Shown: positions 24,789 to 36,174, numbered from the stretch's first letter. The stretch: DNA of 64,000 nt from Chitinophaga pinensis (GCA_945897885.1 CAMDGU010000007.1:6796-70795), one strand, 5' to 3'. A program made the numbers and translations. The notes: a model not told the origin generated them from the sequence alone.

Positions 24789-27725
24789 GTGTCAAATAGT
24801 TTCACCTATTACGGAACTTTAACCAAACCCACCTTTAGCAAAATGGATACTTTATCATGTGGTAAAGATTCCTTACAACTAAACATCAATTCATCCTATT
24901 CAAACTTTAAAATTTACGACAGAAAAACATTAGTTGCTTCACCGGGAAACAATAAAAAACCGAAAATAAAACCAGGTTTAGGAATGCATTACTTAACAGT
25001 TTCAGCCTCTTACCAATCCTGTTTGGTATCCTCCGATACGTTAAAATTTTTAAGAGATACTTTCCCAGTTATATCTATAAGTTCACATTCCAACCTGAAT
25101 GTATGTGAAAACGATACCGTAACGCTTAAAGTTACAGGTTGCAGTTCCTTTGATTTACTGGGGAACTCCTTTAAATTTATCCAATCCTACACCTCCACCC
25201 AAGCCAAAAGAGTAATAGCCAAAACAGGCGACTCACTCATGGCTAAGTACAAAGGAACTACCGGCTGTATTGATACTTCCAATATTTTAAAGTTTACACG
25301 AAATACCAATCCTACCGTAACCATTACTTCATCGGATGCCGACCTAAATGTATGTATGAATGATAGCATTGTGCTTACCGGAGGCGGTGCTTCTACCTAT
25401 CAATTGTTTAAAAATTCGTCCCCGTTCAAAAGTAGTTTTACCTCTACTATAAAGCCCGGAACCTTAGCCAACAATGATAAATTTCAGCTTTTTGGGGTGG
25501 ATGCCAAAGGCTGCAAAGATTCGTCGGATGTTTTAAAATTTGTGGTAGATACCGTTCCTAATGTAAGTGTATCCTGCAGTGATACCGACTTAGTGCTTTG
25601 TATCAATACTGCGGCTACGTTTTCATTTAAAGGGGCTACCAATTATGATCTTTATAAAAACAGTGCCTTTTGGAAAACAGCAACCTCAAACCCCTTCACC
25701 ACCGCGGGAATAAATGATAATGATGTTATCTCCGTTTTGGGCTCAAGTACCAAAAATTGCTCCAGCTATTCCAATACCCTTAAGTTTAAAATCAGCAATC
25801 CCAAAGTAACTTTAAAGCTTAATAATACAGGCTTAATATGTTCAGGTGATTCCATTCATTTTAGTTTTACAGGAGCCAAATCGTATCAAATTTTTAAAAA
25901 CAATACGCTGATAAAAAACACTACTGCCTCCTACTTCAAATCTATTGACTTTGCTAATAATGATGTTGTGTATGTGGAAGGCACGGATACCTTTGGTTGC
26001 GTTGCCAAGTCATCGTCGATCACCTTATCAATTAAAACCCGACCAACCGTAAAATTATTTAATAATGATAAAGACAATTCGCATTGCATCAGTGATAATG
26101 TGGTTTTAAGTTTTTCAACAGCTGCCACCTATAATCTTTATAAAAATGGTAGTATTTGGAAAGCCAATGCCACCAGTCCGCTTACGACCAAAGATATAAA
26201 AGACAAAGACGTGGTGTATTTAATAGGTATTGCTACCAATGGTTGTTCTGCTACTTCTGATACGTTAAAATTCACTGTTTATCCCTTACCTACGGTTTCA
26301 ATATCCAGCCCGTCGGGCAGTTCCGTTTGCGAAAAAGACAGCATTCTTTTAAAATTTTCAGGCGGTATTAAATATGACTTTTATTTAAACAATTCGTTTG
26401 TAAAACAGATAACAGACAGTGTGCTTTATGTAAAAGATGTGGTTAAAGATGATGAAGTATATATTTATGGATACTCAAAGGAAGGATGCCGAAACCGGTC
26501 GAACAAGTTAATACTTTCAGTGCTTGCACCACCCACCATTTCCATCACAAATCCCGATACTGACAATACCACCTGCAAGGGCGAAAATGTAAATATTAAT
26601 TTTTCGGGAGGGGTTTCGTATGACCTTTACCGAAACAATACCTTTTGGAAAACCACTTATGGCAATCCGTTAAGCTTTGGCAATGCCGGCGATAAGGAAG
26701 AATTATATGCCATAGGATATGACGGCAATAAATGTAAATCTATTTCCAATACCATAAAACTAACAGTACTAGATTTACCTAGCGTTTCACTTACCAATCC
26801 AGATAGCGACAACACAACCTGCGATGGTGAGAAAATAACGGTTAATTTTACAGGAGGCACCAAATACGATATCTACCAAAATGGAAGCATGCTGAATTTT
26901 AATATTACAAGCCCTTATACATTATTTGGTATGAAAAACGGCGATAGAATTCATGTTACAGGAACAAACACTAATGGCTGTACCGATTCATCAAACAGTA
27001 TAAATTTAACAGTTTTATCCCTACCAACCATTACCATCACCAATCCCGATACCGACAATGCACATTGTAAAGGTGAGAATGTAGTTATCAATTTTTCGGG
27101 AGGTGCTACCTATGATTTGTTTAAAAACAATGTGCTTTGGAAAACCAATACAGGCAATTCGGTAACCCTTAACGATGCTATTGATAGAGACGAAATTTAT
27201 TCGGTAGGTATTGGCAGCAATGGCTGCAGTGATACTTCCAATAAAATTAAATTCACCGTTTGGCCTATACCTAACAAACCAACAATTACCAAATCAGGAA
27301 CTGTCTTATCATCCAGCTACCCTACCGGAAACCAATGGTATGAAGGAACTTCAAAACTTACAGGAGCCACGGCTCAAAATTATTCACCTGTAAAAACTGC
27401 CACCTATTTTGTAGAACATACCGATGCCAATGGCTGTTTATCGCCTTTGTCGGATGGTTTTGGTTATTCGGTATCCATATCTAAAATAAAACTTCAGGGG
27501 TTAAAAATTTACCCAAATCCCGCCAGTGATTATTTGGTAATAGAAACCGGAGAATCAGGTAAGTTTCATCTGAGTTTGATTGATATTACAGGTAAACTGG
27601 TAAAAGAAGAATCGTTTACAGGCAATAGATTTGAATGGCTGCTGAAACCCGCCAAAGGAATTTATACCTTAAAAATTGTGAATGAAAAAGGTGAAAGTGA
27701 AAATGTGGTGGTGGAGTTTAAATAA
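24789..27725 (+). CDS. C-terminal fragment of the adhesin-like protein, with ~12 tandem Ig-like repeats and a type A T9SS sorting domain
   Basis: Same frame as the previous ORF and open from 24741. No ATG or signal peptide; the ORF start is GTG. Carries ~80-aa tandem repeats. Ends with IYPNPASDYLVIETGESGKF...GIYTLKIVNEKGE. Confidence 0.55.
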   Translation: MSNSFTYYGTLTKPTFSKMDTLSCGKDSLQLNINSSYSNFKIYDRKTLVASPGNNKKPKIKPGLGMHYLTVSASYQSCLVSSDTLKFLRDTFPVISISSHSNLNVCENDTVTLKVTGCSSFDLLGNSFKFIQSYTSTQAKRVIAKTGDSLMAKYKGTTGCIDTSNILKFTRNTNPTVTITSSDADLNVCMNDSIVLTGGGASTYQLFKNSSPFKSSFTSTIKPGTLANNDKFQLFGVDAKGCKDSSDVLKFVVDTVPNVSVSCSDTDLVLCINTAATFSFKGATNYDLYKNSAFWKTATSNPFTTAGINDNDVISVLGSSTKNCSSYSNTLKFKISNPKVTLKLNNTGLICSGDSIHFSFTGAKSYQIFKNNTLIKNTTASYFKSIDFANNDVVYVEGTDTFGCVAKSSSITLSIKTRPTVKLFNNDKDNSHCISDNVVLSFSTAATYNLYKNGSIWKANATSPLTTKDIKDKDVVYLIGIATNGCSATSDTLKFTVYPLPTVSISSPSGSSVCEKDSILLKFSGGIKYDFYLNNSFVKQITDSVLYVKDVVKDDEVYIYGYSKEGCRNRSNKLILSVLAPPTISITNPDTDNTTCKGENVNINFSGGVSYDLYRNNTFWKTTYGNPLSFGNAGDKEELYAIGYDGNKCKSISNTIKLTVLDLPSVSLTNPDSDNTTCDGEKITVNFTGGTKYDIYQNGSMLNFNITSPYTLFGMKNGDRIHVTGTNTNGCTDSSNSINLTVLSLPTITITNPDTDNAHCKGENVVINFSGGATYDLFKNNVLWKTNTGNSVTLNDAIDRDEIYSVGIGSNGCSDTSNKIKFTVWPIPNKPTITKSGTVLSSSYPTGNQWYEGTSKLTGATAQNYSPVKTATYFVEHTDANGCLSPLSDGFGYSVSISKIKLQGLKIYPNPASDYLVIETGESGKFHLSLIDITGKLVKEESFTGNRFEWLLKPAKGIYTLKIVNEKGESENVVVEFK

Positions 27726-27743
27726 GATTTGGGAATTGATTTA

Positions 27744-27807
27744 GATTCCTCCTATTGTCGGAAAGACAGTCAATCAATTTTGTGATTCAGACGATAGGAG
27801 AAATCTG
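27744..27807. repeat. family-2-related hairpin
   Basis: gattcctcctattgtcggaa ... ttcagacgataggagaaatc. The arms are inverted repeats with 3 mismatches over a 20-bp stem. Confidence 0.5.
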
Positions 27808-27882
27808 TCGATAGGTAAATTGAAAATGATTTTACAGAATTTTATAGAAACAAAAAATATTCCAAAAATTCATCCATTTTAA

Positions 27883-29481
<1,599 letters not shown>

Positions 29482-29485
29482 TACT

Positions 29486-29716
29486 ATGCAAATAGAAATT
29501 ATCACTCCAGATAAATCCTTGTTTTCAGGCGAAGCCATTTCGGTTAAATTTCCGGGTATTGGCGGAAAATTTGAAACATTGAATAATCACGCTAATATTA
29601 TTTCAAGCCTTGAAAAAGGTACTATCGTTGTTAAAACCAGTGAAGGAAGTAAAGAATTTGAGATAACCGGTGGTATTGTTGAATTTTTGAAAAACAAGAT
29701 TATTGTTTTAGCATAA
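29486..29716 (+). CDS. atpC: F0F1 ATP synthase subunit epsilon (short form)
   Basis: 76 aa beta-sandwich domain, immediately after atpD. Confidence 0.75.
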   Translation: MQIEIITPDKSLFSGEAISVKFPGIGGKFETLNNHANIISSLEKGTIVVKTSEGSKEFEITGGIVEFLKNKIIVLA

Positions 29717-29777
29717 TTGATAACTAACTTTTCCAAAGTTTTAAACTTTGGGAAAGTTTAAAAAAAAATAAACATTA

Positions 29778-29807
29778 GCCTCCGGATTTAGTTTCGGAGG
29801 CTTTTTT
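29778..29807 (+). terminator. intrinsic terminator after atpC
   Basis: gcctccg-gatttagtt-tcggaggc followed by TTTTTT. Confidence 0.7.
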
Positions 29808-29815
29808 ATTAGCTT

Positions 29816-29914
29816 CTCATGCCGAGGCACGAGGCATTTCTGCTCGCTAAAGTTCCCTCCTGTCGTCGGGAAGACAATTCACAGCCGCTGTCATGCCGAG
29901 GCACGAGGCATCTC
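29816..29914. repeat. family-2 hairpin variant: two left arms flanking one right arm
   Basis: tcatgccgaggcacgaggcat ... ccctcctgtcgtcgggaagaca ... gtcatgccgaggcacgaggcatctc. Confidence 0.6.
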
Positions 29915-29976
29915 ATTTCTAAAATTTAATAATAATCCTTGCTATTCCTTTCAAATTTATAACCTTTGAACCACCA

Positions 29977-30456
29977 ATGAAAAAATACCAAATCATTATT
30001 TACGGCTCATACGGTTATACCGGCGAATTAATTGTAGATGAAAGTTTATCAAAAAAAACTACAATTTTACTGGCGGGACGAAATGAGAAACGGTTAAAAA
30101 TTCAATCGGAGAAAACAGGCTATCCTTACAAAGCCATTGACTTGAATAATCATGAGGCTTTGGTGGAATTACTAAACGAAGGTGAAGTATTAATAAATGC
30201 GGCAGGACCTTTTATAAATACTGCTCCGCAAATGGTGGAGGCTTGTATTGAAGCTAAAACCCATTACTTGGATATAAACGGAGATATTAAGGTTTTTGAA
30301 ATAATAAAAACCTATGATGAAAAAGCTAAGCTTGCAGGAATAATGCTAATGTCAGGTACAGGTTTTGATGTAGTGCCAACAGATTGTGTAGTCTTAAAAT
30401 TAAAAAATAAAATGCCCGATGCTTCACATTTAAAAATTGCATTTACAAATATTTAA
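29977..30456 (+). CDS. saccharopine-dehydrogenase-like NAD(P)-binding protein, N-terminal part
   Basis: MKKYQIIIYGSYGYTGELIV Rossmann start. Terminates at the TAA 30454-30456. Confidence 0.55.
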   Translation: MKKYQIIIYGSYGYTGELIVDESLSKKTTILLAGRNEKRLKIQSEKTGYPYKAIDLNNHEALVELLNEGEVLINAAGPFINTAPQMVEACIEAKTHYLDINGDIKVFEIIKTYDEKAKLAGIMLMSGTGFDVVPTDCVVLKLKNKMPDASHLKIAFTNI

Positions 30457-30486
30457 GGTGGCGTTTCACATGGTACGGCAAGCACA

Positions 30487-31029
30487 GTGGCCAGCCGCTT
30501 GGGTGAAAAAGCCGTGCGAAGAGTTGAAGGAAAATTAATTCCAATTTCATTAGGAAAGAACGGGATGTGGGTAGATTTTGGTGAGAAAAAATTATTTACC
30601 ATGAGCATTCCCTGGGGTGATATAAGTACGGCCTATGTTAGCACCGGCATTCCAAATATTGAGTCCTATATGAGTGTTAAGCCAACGGTTTATAAAGCTT
30701 TAAAATTTCAAGGTTTGGTAAATTGGTTATTGAGAACACAATGGGTAAGGAAATTTATCCAAAATAAGATTGACTCCAAACCGGCGGGACCAAATTTTGA
30801 GGAACGTAAAAAATCATATTCCCTTGTATGGGCCGAAGTAAAAAACCAAAAAGGTGAGACATTATCCACCCGAATAAAAACACCTGAAGCGTATAATTTG
30901 ACTGCTACCGCAAGTTTATTAATTGCGGAGAAAGTTTTGAATGGTAACTATCAATCGGGCTTTCAAACCCCAGCTAAAGCCTATGGTGAAAATTTGGTGT
31001 TTGAGATTGAAGGGGTGAGGGAGATTTAA
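30487..31029 (+). CDS. C-terminal part of the same saccharopine-dehydrogenase-like protein
   Basis: Same reading frame as 29977..30456 and open right after the TAA (30457 onward: GGVSHGTASTVASRLGEK...). ORF start is a GTG artefact. Confidence 0.5.
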   Translation: MASRLGEKAVRRVEGKLIPISLGKNGMWVDFGEKKLFTMSIPWGDISTAYVSTGIPNIESYMSVKPTVYKALKFQGLVNWLLRTQWVRKFIQNKIDSKPAGPNFEERKKSYSLVWAEVKNQKGETLSTRIKTPEAYNLTATASLLIAEKVLNGNYQSGFQTPAKAYGENLVFEIEGVREI

Positions 31030-31051
31030 TATTACTATTTGCCTTGATTGT

Positions 31052-31430
31052 GTAGCCCCTATGGGGCAAAAATCTTCAATTGATTATTCCTACAAACAGT
31101 TAGCCCTTTCAGGGCAAGGCAAAATTGTCTTAATTATTTAAACTAAGCTTGGTATTGTAAATGTCACGTAGCGATTACCTGTTTGTCGTAGAAATAATAT
31201 GTCACCTTTTGTCCATTAGGGCCAACCAATATAGCAGGCAATAAAGTTCGTAAACAAATGTTGCGATGCAACTGCCTGTTTTTAACAGAAGAAATAATCC
31301 TATGTAATCTTATATCGCTTTGGGGCTGCCTTTTATCGTTAGCAACTAAATTTTGTAAACAAATGTCGCGTAGCGATTACCTATTTGTAGAAAAACTATT
31401 ATAGTGATTTTTGCCCCGTAGGGGCTACCC
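31052..31430. repeat. REP/BIME-like array upstream of the transposase
   Basis: gtagcccctatggggc (31052-67), gccctttcagggc (31103-15), aaatgtcacgtagcgattacctgtttgtcgtag (31163-97), a degenerate copy (31249-85), aaatgtcgcgtagcgattacctatttgtaga (31375-405), gccccgtaggggctaccc (31413-30). Confidence 0.65.
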
Positions 31431-32019
31431 AAATAAGAATAAATGAATATTTTTGGAGTTCATTTATTAGCTATGCCAAATACCTATACCCAAATTTATA
31501 TTCATTGCATATTTGCTGTAAAATACCGCCAAGCGTTGATTTCAGAAACTTGGGAAAAACGACTACACAAATACATCACTGGAATAGTTCAGAACAATGG
31601 GCACAAACTTTTAGCAATTAATTCTGTCGCAGATCATCTACACATGTTTGTAGGGTTAGACCCCAAACAATCTGTTTCTCATATGATGCAACTTGTAAAA
31701 GGCGATAGTTCTGAATTTATTAATAAAGAAAATTTAACTAAACGGAAATTTAATTGGCAAAGCGGTTATGGAGCTTTTAGCAATAGCCGTTCACAAATTG
31801 ATGCTGTTTGTAAATACATTCATAATCAAAAAGAACATCATAATAAGAAGTCTTTTAAAGAAGAATACCTAGAAATATTGAAGGATTATAATATTGAATA
31901 CGACATGAAATATATTTTTACCGATTTGATGGATGGATAATTGGGTAGCACCTGCGGGACGAAACATTTTGAATGTGTTGAATTCTACAAACAGGTGGTC
32001 GCTACGCGACATTTATCAT
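31375..32019 (+). mobile_element. REP-associated tyrosine transposase unit (solo tnpA bracketed by nested inverted REPs)
   Basis: Inner inverted pair 31413-31430 and 31943-31960 (rc gggtagcccctacggggc versus gggtagcacctgcgggac). Outer inverted pair 31375-31405 and 31985-32019 (31 nt, 3 mismatches). No tnpB. Confidence 0.6.
31443..31940 (+). CDS. tnpA: IS200/IS605-family HuH-Y1 transposase (RAYT-like)
   Basis: HuH motif HLHMFVGL and catalytic Tyr in CKYIHNQ. 155-165 aa. The true start is probably the Met at 31473 (MPNTYTQIYIHC...). Confidence 0.75.
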   Translation: MNIFGVHLLAMPNTYTQIYIHCIFAVKYRQALISETWEKRLHKYITGIVQNNGHKLLAINSVADHLHMFVGLDPKQSVSHMMQLVKGDSSEFINKENLTKRKFNWQSGYGAFSNSRSQIDAVCKYIHNQKEHHNKKSFKEEYLEILKDYNIEYDMKYIFTDLMDG

Positions 32020-32124
32020 GGCATTTTAATATAAGCCTTCAATTTTCCTATTTCAACAAATCTTTCCCCCTACTCTATTTTTCCATCCTAAAACTATCTA
32101 CCTTCGCGGATTGTTAAAAAAATA

Positions 32125-35031
32125 GTGCCAAATTCAAAAGGAAATAAACGTGCAGAAAGTAAGAAAGTTCTAAAAACAGAAGTTTCTAAAACCCAAAATC
32201 CAAATAACTCCTATACCAATCCATCCATTGATATCATTGGGGCAAGAGAACACAATCTTAAAAATTTAACTCTTTCCTTTCCTCGCAATAGCCTAATTGT
32301 TTTTACAGGATTGAGCGGCAGCGGAAAGTCATCCTTAGCTTTTGATACCATTTATGCCGAAGGACAACGCCGTTACATGGAAAGTTTTTCGGCCTATGCC
32401 CGTCAGTTTATTGGTGAAATGAAGCGGCCGGATGTAGATAAAATTGACGGACTTAGTCCGGTAATAAGCATTGAACAAAAAACTGTAAACAAAAACCCAC
32501 GAAGCACCGTGGGAACCATTACAGAAATTTATGATTTTTTAAGATTGCTCTATGCCCGTGCCGGTGAAGCCTACTCCTATTTGACGGGAGAAAAAATGGT
32601 AAAATTTACTGAGGAGCAAATTATTGAAACCATTATTCAAAAATTTGAACTAAAACGCACGGTTATTCTTGCACCTTTAATAAAAGGCCGAAAAGGACAT
32701 TACCGCGAGTTGTTTGAACAGGTGATAAAAATGGGCTACAGCAAAGTGCGGATTGATAATGTGATTACCGAAATAAAACCCGGAATGCAATTGGACCGTT
32801 ACAAAATTCATGATATAGATATTGTAATTGATAGAATTGAAGCCGATAGCAGCAATAAAACCCGCATAACCGAATCGGTAAGAACTGCTTTAAAAGTGGG
32901 AAAGGGTGTTATGATGGTTTGGGATATTGTTGAAAATGTGACACACCATTTTAGCCGCTTTTTGATGGATGCCAAAACAGGTTTGAGTTATGATGAGCCA
33001 CAACCCAATTCGTTTTCATTTAACTCGCCTTATGGGGCTTGTCAAAAATGCGATGGCTTGGGAACGGTATCAGATATTGAACTGGATGTAATAATTCCTG
33101 ATAAAACCAAAAGTATAAATAAAGGAGCCATTTTACCTTTGGGTGAAGTGAGAGAGAACTGGACATTTACTCAATTAAGGGCTATTGCAAAAAAATACAA
33201 ATTCAGTTTGGCCGACCCTATAAATAAACTTTCGGAAGAAGCAATGGATGTAATTTTAAATGGAAGTGATGAAAAATTTGAAGTAGAATACACTTACGGA
33301 AGTGGCGCTAAACAAACCTTTCAGACCACGTTTAAGGGAATTAGCACCATGTTGCTTACCTCTTTTAACGAAAAAGGAACCGATGCTATGGCCGAATGGG
33401 CCGAGGAATATATGAGCATGGTAGATTGTCCTGAATGTGGCGGTGCCCGACTTAAGCAAGAGGCTCTGCATTATAAAATAGGTGATAAAAATATTTCGGA
33501 ACTAAGCCGAATGAATATTGGCGAACTAAATGAATGGCTTGAAAATGCTCATACTTTATTAAATGAACGCCAAACCATTATTGGTTCTGAAATTATTAAG
33601 GAAATATTAGCCAGAGTTAGTTTTTTATTAGGGGTTGGTTTGGATTATTTAAGCATTGACAACCCTGCCCGAACCTTGAGTGGTGGTGAAGCACAACGTA
33701 TTCGTTTGGCTACACAAATTGGCTCAAAACTGGAAGAAGTTCTTTATATATTGGATGAACCTAGCATTGGCCTGCATCCCCGTGATAATGAAAAATTGAT
33801 TGAATCATTAAAGGCCTTGCGCGATGTTGGAAATACCGTTTTGGTAGTGGAGCACGATAAGGATATGATGATGCAAAGCGATTTTGTTGTTGATATTGGT
33901 CCAAAGGCCGGTAAATACGGTGGGCAAATTGTTTTTGCAGGTACGGCTGAAGAATTTATAAAATCCGACACACTCACTTCAGGCTATATCAACGGCCATT
34001 TAACGATTGACATTCCTAAAAAAAGAAGAAAAGGAAATGGGAAATTTTTAGAATTAACGGGATGCACAGGGAATAATTTAAAAAATGTGGACTTAAAAAT
34101 CCCTTTAGGAATATTTGTTGGCGTAACCGGCGTTTCAGGCAGTGGAAAATCCTCCCTGATTAATGAAACACTTCACCCCATTTTAGCCCATTACGTTTAT
34201 AAATCGCATAAAAAACCTTTGGCTTATAAGTCCATTAAAGGTTTGGAGCACATTGATAAGGTAATAAAAATTGACCAATCGCCAATCGGCAGAACACCAC
34301 GAAGCAATCCCTCAACCTATGTTGGATTTTTTACCGATATACGAAATCTTTATGCGGAATTACCGGAGGCAAAAATTAGAGGTTACAAACCCGGACGTTT
34401 TTCATTTAACGTAAAGGGCGGACGCTGTGAAACCTGTCAAGGTGGAGGAATGAAGGTAATTGAAATGAATTTTTTACCTGATGTGGAAGTCCCCTGTGAA
34501 AGTTGTATGGGAAAACGCTACAACCGCGAAACTTTAGAAATTCGCTACAAAGGAAAATCCATTAGCGATGTATTGGATATGCCGGTAGATGAAGCCGTTG
34601 ATTTTTTTGAACCAATTCCAAGTATCTATAGAAAAATTAAGGCTTTGCACGATTCAGGTTTGGGGTATATTACACTGGGGCAAAGCAGCACTACCATTAG
34701 TGGTGGTGAGGCTCAAAGGGTGAAACTGGCTACCGAATTATCAAAAATAGGAACCGGAAATACATTTTATATTTTGGATGAACCTACTACGGGCTTGCAT
34801 TTTGAAGACATAAAGAAACTGCTTGAATTATTGAACCAATTTGTAGAAAAAGGAAATACCGTTTTGGTAATTGAGCATAATTTGGATGTAATAAAAGTAG
34901 CCGATTACATTATTGACCTTGGCCCCGATGGCGGAAAACGCGGTGGCGAAATAATAGCTACCGGAACACCCGAACAAATTGCAGCCAACAAAAACAGTAT
35001 TACCGGAAAATTTTTAGCTTTAGAATTATAA
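32125..35031 (+). CDS. uvrA: excinuclease ABC subunit A
   Basis: 968 aa. Two ABC modules (GLSGSGKSSLAFDT, GVSGSGKSSLINET), LSGGEAQR signatures, zinc-finger Cys pairs. Confidence 0.95.
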   Translation: MPNSKGNKRAESKKVLKTEVSKTQNPNNSYTNPSIDIIGAREHNLKNLTLSFPRNSLIVFTGLSGSGKSSLAFDTIYAEGQRRYMESFSAYARQFIGEMKRPDVDKIDGLSPVISIEQKTVNKNPRSTVGTITEIYDFLRLLYARAGEAYSYLTGEKMVKFTEEQIIETIIQKFELKRTVILAPLIKGRKGHYRELFEQVIKMGYSKVRIDNVITEIKPGMQLDRYKIHDIDIVIDRIEADSSNKTRITESVRTALKVGKGVMMVWDIVENVTHHFSRFLMDAKTGLSYDEPQPNSFSFNSPYGACQKCDGLGTVSDIELDVIIPDKTKSINKGAILPLGEVRENWTFTQLRAIAKKYKFSLADPINKLSEEAMDVILNGSDEKFEVEYTYGSGAKQTFQTTFKGISTMLLTSFNEKGTDAMAEWAEEYMSMVDCPECGGARLKQEALHYKIGDKNISELSRMNIGELNEWLENAHTLLNERQTIIGSEIIKEILARVSFLLGVGLDYLSIDNPARTLSGGEAQRIRLATQIGSKLEEVLYILDEPSIGLHPRDNEKLIESLKALRDVGNTVLVVEHDKDMMMQSDFVVDIGPKAGKYGGQIVFAGTAEEFIKSDTLTSGYINGHLTIDIPKKRRKGNGKFLELTGCTGNNLKNVDLKIPLGIFVGVTGVSGSGKSSLINETLHPILAHYVYKSHKKPLAYKSIKGLEHIDKVIKIDQSPIGRTPRSNPSTYVGFFTDIRNLYAELPEAKIRGYKPGRFSFNVKGGRCETCQGGGMKVIEMNFLPDVEVPCESCMGKRYNRETLEIRYKGKSISDVLDMPVDEAVDFFEPIPSIYRKIKALHDSGLGYITLGQSSTTISGGEAQRVKLATELSKIGTGNTFYILDEPTTGLHFEDIKKLLELLNQFVEKGNTVLVIEHNLDVIKVADYIIDLGPDGGKRGGEIIATGTPEQIAANKNSITGKFLALEL

Positions 35032-35122
35032 AAATTCTTTGCTTCGTCATTACATCCTCACTTCCTTAATCTTTTTTTGCAGTATGAAATATTTTAAGCA
35101 CTTTTGTTAAAAATAATTAACC

Positions 35123-35665
35123 ATGAAATTTATTAAACTAATACTATCCCTACTAATTGTGAGTTCACTTCTTTTAACTTCATGTAAAGATGAGGATAAA
35201 ACTCCTGCCCCATCCAACACAAATAAAACCAATACCCAAAAATTGGTGGCATCAAACTGGTTATTGACAAAAGCTACCTTTAATCCACCAATTGTAACAA
35301 CGATAGGCATGCAAAATTTCACCTTCAATGAGTTGTTTGAAATTCCTCTTATTGAAGATTGTCAAAAAGATAATCTTATTATTTTTAATGCGGATAGCAC
35401 CATGACCATTGACAATGGAGCCCTAAAATGTGGTACAGAACCTCAAACAGCAAAAGATGGAAACTGGCGTTTTATAAGCAACGAAACTCAGATTGAAATT
35501 ACCAACTCGGCTTATTTTAGCTTGATAAATGCTAATAAAGTGATTATTGACCAAGTGGTAATTACAGATACAGAAATGAAAGGTGTAACTGATTATGTTT
35601 TTACCAATCCTCTTACACAAGTAGAAACAACCTCCAAAATAAATTTCACGTTTACCAAAAAGTAA
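35123..35665 (+). CDS. hypothetical lipoprotein (lipocalin-like)
   Basis: 180 aa. Lipoprotein signal LLLTSC. Confidence 0.4.
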   Translation: MKFIKLILSLLIVSSLLLTSCKDEDKTPAPSNTNKTNTQKLVASNWLLTKATFNPPIVTTIGMQNFTFNELFEIPLIEDCQKDNLIIFNADSTMTIDNGALKCGTEPQTAKDGNWRFISNETQIEITNSAYFSLINANKVIIDQVVITDTEMKGVTDYVFTNPLTQVETTSKINFTFTKK

Positions 35666-35744
35666 AATCGTACAAAAATCACATTTATAAAATGGCAGAT
35701 ATTATCTGCCATTTTCTTTTTCCGGGTATCTTTAATTTTAAGAT

Positions 35745-35774
35745 TTGAAAATTAAGATACAATGCTTACTTTTG
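35745..35774 (+). promoter_or_regulatory. candidate Bacteroidota sigma-A promoter of the rpsF operon
   Basis: TTG at 35745-47 and TACTTTTG (TAnnTTTG) at 35767-74, 19-nt spacer, 32 nt before the rpsF ATG. Confidence 0.4.
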
Positions 35775-35805
35775 CAGCCCTTTAAACAAAAAAAGATTCA
35801 AAAAA

Positions 35806-36174
35806 ATGGTATTAAAAAATTATGAATCTGTAATCATACTAACGCCCGTGTTGGCAGAAAAACAAATGCAAGAAGCCATTGCATCTTTTCGCCAATTGAT
35901 TACAGAGCAAGGTGGAAACATCATCCGCGAAGAAAATTGGGGATTAACAAAATTGGCTTACCCCATTACAAAAAAGAGTACAGGTTTTTATCACATTTTC
36001 GAATTTCAAGCACCGGGAACTATCGTTGCCAAGCTTGAATTAGCGTATCGTCGTGATGAGCAAGTATTACGTTATTTAACTATCGCCCTTGACAAGCATG
36101 CCGTTGTTTACAACGAGCGCAGAAGCAAAGGTGAATTTAACAAACCTAAAGAAATTAAGGAGGTAGCCATATGA
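35806..36174 (+). CDS. rpsF: 30S ribosomal protein S6
   Basis: 122 aa. YESVIILTP...QEAIASFRQLI... Confidence 0.9.
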   Translation: MVLKNYESVIILTPVLAEKQMQEAIASFRQLITEQGGNIIREENWGLTKLAYPITKKSTGFYHIFEFQAPGTIVAKLELAYRRDEQVLRYLTIALDKHAVVYNERRSKGEFNKPKEIKEVAI

